From: the human T2T-CHM13v2.0 reference genome, Homo sapiens
DNA length: 64,000 nt
NCBI RefSeq assembly: GCF_009914755.1
Contig: NC_060926.1
Reading direction: 5' to 3' (one strand)
This document shows, one piece after another, positions 54,958-64,000 of the stretch (the stretch's first letter is position 1; each line of letters begins with the position of its first letter). Under the pieces are notes generated by a model that was not told the origin of the DNA, made no database searches, and saw only the letters and a program-made list of their open reading frames with translations. The position numbers and the translations under genes are program-made.

Positions 54958-55202
54958 TGGCCAGTTTTTTACACTTGCTATGTCTTAGCTTCCTTATGCA
55001 AAGTTAATTGCTAAACCTATTTCATAGGGTTGTTATGAAGGTCTAATAGAATCATTCATGTAAAATAGCATAGTGTCTAGAATGTCTTGATGTATCATTA
55101 CAAAAATTATAGGTTTTCAGTGGTTATATAATTTCTAATAAAAATCTTTTAAATGTATTGGTTTGTTTTTTATTTTCGTTTAAATATATAAGGTGCATAT
55201 TT

Positions 55203-55268
<66 letters not shown>

Positions 55269-55279
55269 TATATATATAT
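55203..55279 (+). repeat. (CT)n(TA)n compound microsatellite
   Basis: Directly visible. Confidence 0.95.
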
Positions 55280-55282
55280 GGA

Positions 55283-55510
55283 CCATGTTTATTCAGCCTT
55301 GGCACTCTAGGCACTTTAGCTAGGATGACTCTTTGCTGCTAGGAGCTGTCCTGTGCATTACAGGATGTATAGCAGCATCCTTGAGCTCCACACACTAGAC
55401 AGTGGTAGCAGGACCTCCATTCCCCCAGCTGTGGCAACAATAATGCATCTAGACATCACCAAGGCCCTCTGTGGGGGCAAAAATCACTACGTCTTATTGA
55501 GAAACACTGC
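55283..55510. mobile_element. MER20 hAT-Charlie element
   Basis: tcagccttggcact..gctgtcctgtgcattacaggatgtatagcagcatcc..ctagacatcacca..gggggcaaaaatcac..ttgagaaacactg. Confidence 0.88.
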
Positions 55511-56719
55511 TGTATATCAACTTATTTTCCCTAGTGATTACATTTCAAGCTCTCAACATGTATTTAACTACTCCCTAATCAGTGGATACCTGATTAACTT
55601 ATGACTTTTAATATTATAAAGATGCTGAAGTGCCTGACTTAAATTTATAATCAAAATTCTATGATGAACATTATTATATATTAATATTTGTCTGTCTTTG
55701 AAAATATCCTAGAAATATAAAAGGCTATACATAATGAAAACTTTAAAAAATTTAAGATTAAAATTGAAACTCATAGTGACTTTTAAAATAATGTATAAAT
55801 GTATATAAGTATGTGAGAATAGATTATATATAGATATTTATAATTTCATCATCCTTAAAATAATTAGGATTCTTTGCTGTAAAATCTTTTCCAAATAAAA
55901 ATAAAACCCTTTGCCATTATTACAGACGTCTCATAAACTTGGGAGCAAGCACTTTATTTGGGAAGACACTGCCATTTTCAGGTATCATAACTGAACCATG
56001 AAAATGTTCTTGAGAGCATTTTCTTCAAAAGAAAAGTTTAGCATATACAAATAGTAAAAAACTGGAATGCTGACTAAATGTTTCCCTTTTCAAAGATAGA
56101 ACTCTAAGGTACCAATTAAGATATGTTTATTATTTATGAGAGTTTCATATATTAGTTTTGAAAATATCGGCATCAGTATTGACGTTTACTTTCCATAGGC
56201 AAATGGTTGTGCTGACTTCATACAGTTAAGATTTTGAAAGTTCAGATGTTTCCTTCCCATTAACACAAAGCTGTCCAGATGCAGAAAGTCATAAAAACCA
56301 ACATAAAGTGTTAATGAGACTGAGGGGGATGGTGAGATGCCTCCATCCTGAATATTTCATGATCTGTCACCATCAAAAGGGTGTCAGGATTCACTTGCGT
56401 TGTAGCGCAGTTTTCAAATTCATGATAAAAGTGCACAGACAAACCTCTAGCACTTGATGGCATCCTCAGCAAAATTGTTCCAAGAACCCTCTCTGCTTTA
56501 GGGATTCATCAAGAAAACTACTGTTGGTGTCAGCCATAGTTATATTGAGTTGTTTTTGTTGCATTGCTTTGTTTTGCTGTGAATTGATTTTATACATGCA
56601 CAAATGGCCCCCTTTCTATTCCCTCAAAATAATCATCATCCAGCTTGTCACGATATCTGCTTTGCCTGACATTAGTCACCACTTTAGATCATACGAATGG
56701 TTTCTTAATAGGCTAATGT

Positions 56720-57820
56720 ATCATATAGGGGTGATATTTTTATTTTTAATAAATAGTATCATTTTACAAAAGCAACTTCTGTTTTGCAGAAATTTTGAGA
56801 CCACAGATCACAAAAACTTAAATTTAAAAACACATATCCAATCTGAGAGAGGTTTGTCTTACCTTTTGATATATCCTCGCAGATACTTGTTCTACTTATA
56901 TATGCATGTCCATTTTTTTACCAAAATGAAATTATACATACAATTTCATAATAGGCTTTCTTCAGTTAATAATCTCCATCTTCCAAAAGAATACGTTTTT
57001 ATCTTATATTACAGTAAGTTGTATGAGCAAATTTCCTCAAATGTCTCCAATATGTCCTTGCAACCAGTTTGGTCTTAAGATAATCCATTCAAGAGGCACA
57101 TATTTCATTTGATTTTTACTTTTCCTTAGCTGCATTTACCTAGCGAGTCACTTTTAATTACTCTTGTTTTTTGAGAAGACCTGGCTTGAGGTCCTACTAA
57201 AAGCCAACTTTTCTACATTTGTGGGGTTCCTTTTTTACGGTGTCATTTAAGTTGTTTGTCATTTGTGGATCCTGTAATATGAAAATTAGATATAATGGCT
57301 AAAATGTTTAAGTTAAGCAAGTTTGGAAAAACACATCCTAAGTGGTAATGTACACTTTATATTCCATCTTGTCAGATAACACATACCATACGGTTTGTCT
57401 TGTCATTAATATTGATGACTCATTGCTTGATTAGGATCATGATAGTCTGACCCCTCAACTGTATATTCACATTTCCCTCTTTGCAACTAGAAGCTAAAAT
57501 GTGATATAACTTTGATATCACCATACAATTTCCTGTTCTCTCATTAACTATACGACTAATAGTTTTGACATCAGTTTATAATCCTTGTCTGAGTTAATAT
57601 TTTCATTAGAGGGGATTGTGGAATGGTGATTTGTTTTTTCTATCATTTATTAGCTGTTATTCTTATCCAAAATAGAACTTTTCATCGTCAACAGGGTTTA
57701 GTTGGTTATGCCAATTGCAATTTCTAATTTAAAATTAAAATGTATGTTTTATCTTTTCCTGTTAGTTACCAATTTTCAAAGGAGTAGGTTAGTTTCATTG
57801 CTGCTTCAAATGGCAATTTT
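56720..57820 (-). mobile_element. Old L1M fragment(s), antisense
   Basis: T-rich decayed L1 3'-region-like sequence (cattgcttgattagg..ggaatggtgattt..tctatcatttattagctg..tagttaccaattttcaaa). Confidence 0.45.
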
Positions 57821-57828
57821 TAGCTAGC

Positions 57829-57887
57829 TTCCTTCCCTCCCTCCCTCCCTCCCTTCCTTCCTTCCTCTCTCTCTCTCTCTCTCTCTC
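57829..57887 (+). repeat. (CCTT)(CCCT)(CT) pyrimidine microsatellite
   Basis: Directly visible. Confidence 0.9.
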
Positions 57888-58014
57888 AATTTTGGACTCA
57901 TGGATTTTCATTGGTTGATTTTTCAACTGACTAATTTTTTGTTCTTGAAATCTTGTAATTTGTGCAGTGTAATACCAAATTGATAAGCTGCTTCATGCTG
58001 ACCTCAAAACGAAA

Positions 58015-58665
58015 TACTTAGCTTAACTTAAACAAAATATGTACAGGATTAGTTTTTTAAACCACTACAAAATCTGATGAAAGAATCCAAAGAAAAGCTG
58101 AATAAATGTAGAGATGCTTCATGTTCATGCAGAAGATGGATTAATGTTTTCAAGATGTCAGTTCTTCCAAAATTGTTATATAGAGTCAATGCAATCTCAA
58201 TAGAAACCCAAGCAAGATATTTTGTGGACATTAACAAACTGATTCTAAAGTGTATACGGAGAGGCAAGAGACTCAGAATAGCTAACACAACATTGAAGGA
58301 GTAAAGTCAGAGAACTGACTCTACTTCAAGACTTACTATAAAACTACAGTAATCAAGACAGTGTCTTTTTGGTAAAATAATAGACTAATGAATCAACGTA
58401 ACATAATAGAGAGCAGAAATAAATCCACCTACGTATAGGGAACTGATCTTTGACAAAGGAGCAAAAGCAAAATACCAAGGAGTCAAATAGTCTTTTCAAC
58501 AAACGGGACTAAAACAACTAGACATCCACATGTAAAAAAAATAAAAATAAAAATGAATTTAGACACGAACTTTACACTCTTCAAAAAAATTAACTTAAAA
58601 TGGGTCACACGCCTAAATGCAAAATGTAAAACTATAAAACTCCTAGTGGATAACATGAAAAAAAA
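58015..58665 (+). mobile_element. Old L1M (L1MC-like) ORF2 fragment; donor side of the inverted duplication
   Basis: LNK.RD..CS..R.INVFKMSVLPKLLYRVNAI; aactgatctttgacaaaggagcaaa; atagtcttttcaacaaa. Confidence 0.88.
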
Positions 58666-61451
58666 ATCGAGATTCTTAATCACCAATTCACAATAATAAA
58701 ATTCAACTTTAATACTGCAATGATTTCACTTATTTTTTAACTTTCCATTACATGAACAAATATTGAATCTTAATACAATTAACATAATTACTTATTTGAC
58801 TTATAAGACAACATAAAAATAGTTTTCATATAATATCAATATTACTAAAAAATCTTAATGAAAGTTTAAAGTATCTTATTTCTTTTTATTCTTAGAACAC
58901 TTTTACTAAGGAAATGAGTCAAACTTCTCTGTTAAAAAGCCACTGAGAGCAATTCTTTTTGTGTGTAGTGATGTTTGCAGTTTGGAGAAGCTCTTACTAC
59001 GAGAATGCTATGGAGAGAGAGGATGGGTTGAGACAGCTTCCTAGGAGGAGACCGGTGCTCAGTCTCTAATCATGTTCACTTAGAATCCAGAAGCTTCAGG
59101 TTGATGCTTCTGTTAACAGGTGCACTCAAATCTATTTGTTAGATTACTAAATTTATGGAATTACAGAAGGCCCTGAGTTTATTATACCTAAGGGTGATAT
59201 CTGAATGCATGAAAGAGGGAGGAGAGGCTGAACACGGTTTGCAACTGTGCTCTACAGATCCCTGGGCACCTGGGCTGTTAGTAAGAGGAGTCAGAATTTC
59301 CACAGGCCTATGAAGCATTATCTCTTGGGTGAATAATTAATATGTATCATTGTATTTATGGGGTATTGACTCTTAAACCCTCTTATTTTAAAATTAAGAT
59401 TTACAACAGGTAGGATATGAAATATGGGAGGCAATTAGTATTAACAGCAAATACTTGATTCAGGTTGAGTTTCTCCCAAGTGATAGAAAAGATTGGCAGG
59501 CAGTATGCCCATGACTCTTTTAAGCAAGCAGGCTTGATCCATTTTCTTTTGTCATCAGCTAATTTTTTTTCTATAAAATATCAATAATTGTCTTTTGAAT
59601 AAATTTCTCACAGAAACAACTTGAAAAAGTTTAAAACCATGTACTATCCTTGTTAATAACACTACTGAGTCTCATAATTTCTTACAGACCAAGACATACT
59701 CTTCTTGTTGAACAAGACATGCTCTCTAAATCCTAATGTTTTAATATTTATATCTTTGCAAAAAGACCCAAGAAAATATTTCTATAAGTAATTTATAAAA
59801 GTTTTAGAAAGTATACTCCACACTTATATTATTTTATGTTCATTTCTCAGTATTTAAATAACATAAAAATTTATCCTAATCATTACTCCCTTTCAGCTAT
59901 TATTCTTTTAAAGTTCAATTGTGCATTCAATATGATTTCCCTTCTAACTACTTTGCCACATATTTTACCATTTTTAAATATATTTTAATTTTGCAAGCAA
60001 TAAAGTGCAATTTGAGTTTAAAATTTTTTAATTCATGGATTTTTCAAAAAATTATATTTCCTCTATCACAAATAATTCAAGTACAACTACATCATACAGT
60101 GTTAAATATAATTATTTACAATAGAAGAGCAAATCATATATAAAATGTTTGATGTTAGAAAATTATTGGGCCATTTGTCTGAGAGGGCAGAACTGATCCT
60201 GTCACTAGAGGATGCTGTGTAACTACGGAACAGAATATTAACAGTTTGTCACTAAGGTAAATGAGATGAAATAAAAGTATAGATAAATTTTCTCAAATAT
60301 ACCTCCATAAAAAATGGCCAACTTATATTCTCACCATTGTTGGAGAATTCCCATTTGACAGTAACTGCTATAAATATTGACTATGTTTTATTAGAAATAT
60401 ATTCTTAGTTTTTTTGATGTTAAAAACATGCAATTTTTTAACATTTGGAAAATATAAATAAGCAAAAGTAAATAAAAATGGCTACAATCTCACAAATCAG
60501 TCATAAGCACTAATATTTTTTATGAGTTAGTTAAACTGTATGTATGTATAAATTTCTAAAGATAGAGATTTAAGTGTTTTGTTTCCCAACAATATTATAT
60601 ATAGTTTAACTGTTAGGTTTATTTACTGAAGTATTTGTAAACCTTATTTTAGTATATTAATAATGTGACCATAACTTGATTAAATTAACAGTTCCTCTCT
60701 TATGGAATAGTGTCAATTTTTTTTACTATCATAACTACTGTTTCGATAAGTGTATTTGTAAAATAATTTTTTTACATGTGTCTAGTGGCTAAGATTAATT
60801 CTTACAAGTGATATTGAGATATTGATGGGTTCGGTATGAATTTTTGAGGCTGTGACAGAGTCTGCTGATTGCCTACCCAAATTGATTCTCTCTTATAAAA
60901 GATTTGTGGCCATTCACATGCCCTTGCCTGCAGAATGTTACGTGACAGAGTTCCATCCAGCGAGATCTAATTCAAGATGGACGTCGGGGAAAGTTCTTTA
61001 ATGAAAGTCTGACTTTTTTGACATCCTTCTATTGTACCTGTAACACTGGGATGTGGAGACAGGAATGTCATCACAGAACTGGAGTTCTAGCAACTGCATC
61101 AGGAAAATGAATAGCAATCTAGTAATGGCTGGATGTGCATGCAGGTGGAGGGAGTGCATGTAAGAGAGAGAGAAGAGATGATTTTATGGAGATGGGTACT
61201 ATCCCTGGATTTTCCATCTCCAGTTTTCCTATTATGTGAGAGCACAAAACACCAGAATAGTTTACATTACGACTCCTTCAGCTTTTGCTATAGACAATTT
61301 AATTTCTAATTGCTATAATAGAGCAATGCCTTCCAAAAAGGTGCATTTTAACCAGTGGCAGATTAGAGAACATATGTCATAGTGCCCCTACTACTATTGG
61401 ATATCTGGTGTATAATCTATCTTTTCTTCTAATTTAATAGGCTACAATAAT

Positions 61452-61881
61452 TTTTATTTTTTTTATTATTATACTTTAAGTTTTAGGGTACATGTGCACA
61501 ACGTGCAGGTTTGTTACATATGTATACATGTGCCATGTTGGTGTGCTGCACCCATTAACTCGTCATTTCTCGTAATGCTATCCCTCCTCCCTCCCCCAAC
61601 CCCACAACAGGCCCCTGTGTGTGATGTTCCCCTTCCTGTGTCCATGTTTTCTCATTGTTCAATTCCCACCTATGAGTGAGAACATGCGGTGTTTGGTTTT
61701 CTGTGCTTGAGATAGTTTGCTGAGATAGCAAAGACTTGGAACCAACCCAAATGTCCAACAATGATAGACTGGATTAAGAAAATGTGGCACATATACACCA
61801 TGGAATACTATCCAGCCATAAAAAAGGATGGGTTCATGTCCTTTGCAGGGACATGGATGAAGCTGGAAACCATCATTCTCA
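61452..61881 (-). mobile_element. Short L1PA insertion with 5' inversion (twin priming)
   Basis: Minus-strand 3' UTR 61452-61725 joined to a plus-strand upstream L1 piece 61725-61883; TSD gctacaataat at 61441-61451 and 61882-61892. Confidence 0.95.
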
Positions 61882-64000
61882 GCTACAATAATATTTATTT
61901 AAATTGGATTTACTTGATTACTACAGTGGTTAAACGTTTTTTTACATAGGTATTTACCATTTGTATTTCTTCTTTTGAAAATTATGTCTTACCCATTTTT
62001 CTATTAGGATATTTTCTCTACTTATTAATTTACAAAGGTTATTTCTAAATTGGGGCTATTAATCTTTGATCATGGAGGCTATTCATCTTTGATCTTCCAT
62101 ATATACTAATCTTCCATATATAATAATTTTTCTACTTTATTGTTTATTACTTATGGATTATGAGAATTTCAAAAATATTTACATTTTTATTTATATGCAA
62201 ATGTATTATTTTTTTCAATTAGGTTTCTATCAGTATTCTGATGCATAGGAAATCCCTGAAGTCTTTCTGAATTGCAAAATCAAATTGGACCTTTTTTTGA
62301 TTACATTGTAATACTATGATGTTTTATTTAAATCTTTAATTTAGCTAAAATCTGTTTTCATATAAGGAAAATATCCTACCCAATTTTTTTACAGTGAACT
62401 ATTTATCTCCATATCATTTATCAAATAATAATTTATCATTTATCTTTAAACATTTCACGTGCTATATTCTGTTTCTTAAGCAGTGAACTAACAGTATTGT
62501 GGTTGCCTACTGTATGCCAGAGTTATTATCCAGAGAGTGATGAAACAAAATTCCTATTTAAATGAAATTAGCATTTTATTTTGGAAATAGGCAAATAGCT
62601 TATTTCAGTAATATGTGATCAGGACTGACACTAGGAATCATCTCCAGGAGTTCTGTCTCTTTTTCTTTTTATTTCTATATGGGAACACATTTTAAAATAA
62701 TCTTTCATATATCTCATTGTGTATATTATTCCAGAAAATGTGTACATATCAACCTAATAGTCACTGAGACAAGCTCTGCTTGGTATGTATGACTTTGCTG
62801 GTTGAATCAGAATGACAATGCCTTCTACTATGATCTGCCTGCATGAGGACTTACGGACTTACTCCTCTTTTTTTTTTTTTTAAGTGTCACCAGGTCTGCT
62901 CATGGTTCCAGAATGCCAGGGTCCTACTGCCTTCTGGATCCCTCAGTATAATTCTTCTATGTCCCCCTGGTTTATCTCAGTCACCCTCCAGAATCATATA
63001 TAATGCAGAAACACTGATGGTAGGTCACCAGCAGGAACTGCCTTGAAAGGAATGATGTTCCCCAGAGAAAGGTGTATCTATGCCATCAAAAGGCTCTCTA
63101 CAGGCTCATGTTTTCAAGCAAGATACAGAATCTGTCAAACTGTCAGAAACCCAGCATGAAATGAGTTTGTATGAAACCAAATCACAGTGCCACTGTCATA
63201 AGGAAACACTACTGCCCTTATTATTTTACTTGAAAATAAACAAAAATAAAAGTTTTTTATTCTATAGCTTTATTTCCTGATTCCAAGAGAAAGTTTCCCT
63301 CTTATAATCAAATGAAGTTAAAATAATATTCTAAATGTAATTTCAGTGTTTAGTTTTATCTGACCTCTGGAACCAAGTGGGCAATCACTTTGTGAGCTAA
63401 AACTTGAAGTTAGTGTAATATCATCATAGTTAACTTTCCGTAAAAAGTAGCCTCAAGCAATAATTGTAGGATCAGGTTAAGTTGGAAAAGATTTACATGT
63501 TGAGTCTCAGCAATAAAATCAGAACTAAAGAGTACACAGTAATGACGGTAAGTTGTGCTTCCAAGGATCTCATGTCTCTGATGAAAATAATAACTTCAAT
63601 ATACCCCTAATCCCCAAATTCTCTGCCAAAGGTTTCAGAGGAATCCATAGCCCTCATAGTACACTTCAGTGAAGTTTATCTGGTGTTTGGCTTCAAACTC
63701 CTAGAACTTTGCTATTCTGACATACCATGTTGAACCACCCATAGGCTCAGAGTATATTCTTCTGCTTTTCTACATTCGAGGCCAACTTCATGGTATACCT
63801 GGCTGTGCTTCCCTGGCCTAAGCCATGCCCTGATATTGGCCCTCGGAACTTCAAAATGCTCAAAGCTATAGAGAAAACAAATTAGAAAAAAAAGGCAGTG
63901 GGAGAATTTGTCAATGATTTTGATCCATTAATATTCCTGTCACTAAAATGGAAGCTTGAAATATTTACTAGACGTATCACTTAACAGCTGCAGCAAAGAT

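Noticed and set aside
56524-57078. Longest ORF in the track (184 aa)
   Set aside because: TTG start, composition typical of AT-rich noncoding DNA, overlap with decayed antisense L1, and no recognisable domain.

Overview
AT-rich primate (human-like) nuclear DNA, intergenic or deep intronic, with no protein-coding gene or RNA gene that I can support. About half is recognisable transposable-element sequence: Alu, L1, L2/L3, MIR, Tigger/MER DNA transposons, solo LTRs, a complete MSTA MaLR nested in an AluJ, and a two-LTR class III provirus (LTR66/HERVL66-like). That provirus has a 23-nt tRNA-Ser(CGA) primer site and decayed gag, RT/RNase H, dUTPase and gamma-type env. There is also a decayed, intronless FNDC3A 5' fragment. 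The least ordinary signal is three separate local copy events of 110-515 bp at about 85-92% identity, with donors 1.2, 7 and 28 kb away. Their junctions show short duplications, microhomology or inverted filler, as expected of templated DNA repair. I found no evidence of a new functional biological system. Repeat family names and parent-gene or tRNA matches are from recalled sequences and identities were counted by eye, so both need RepeatMasker/BLAST confirmation.
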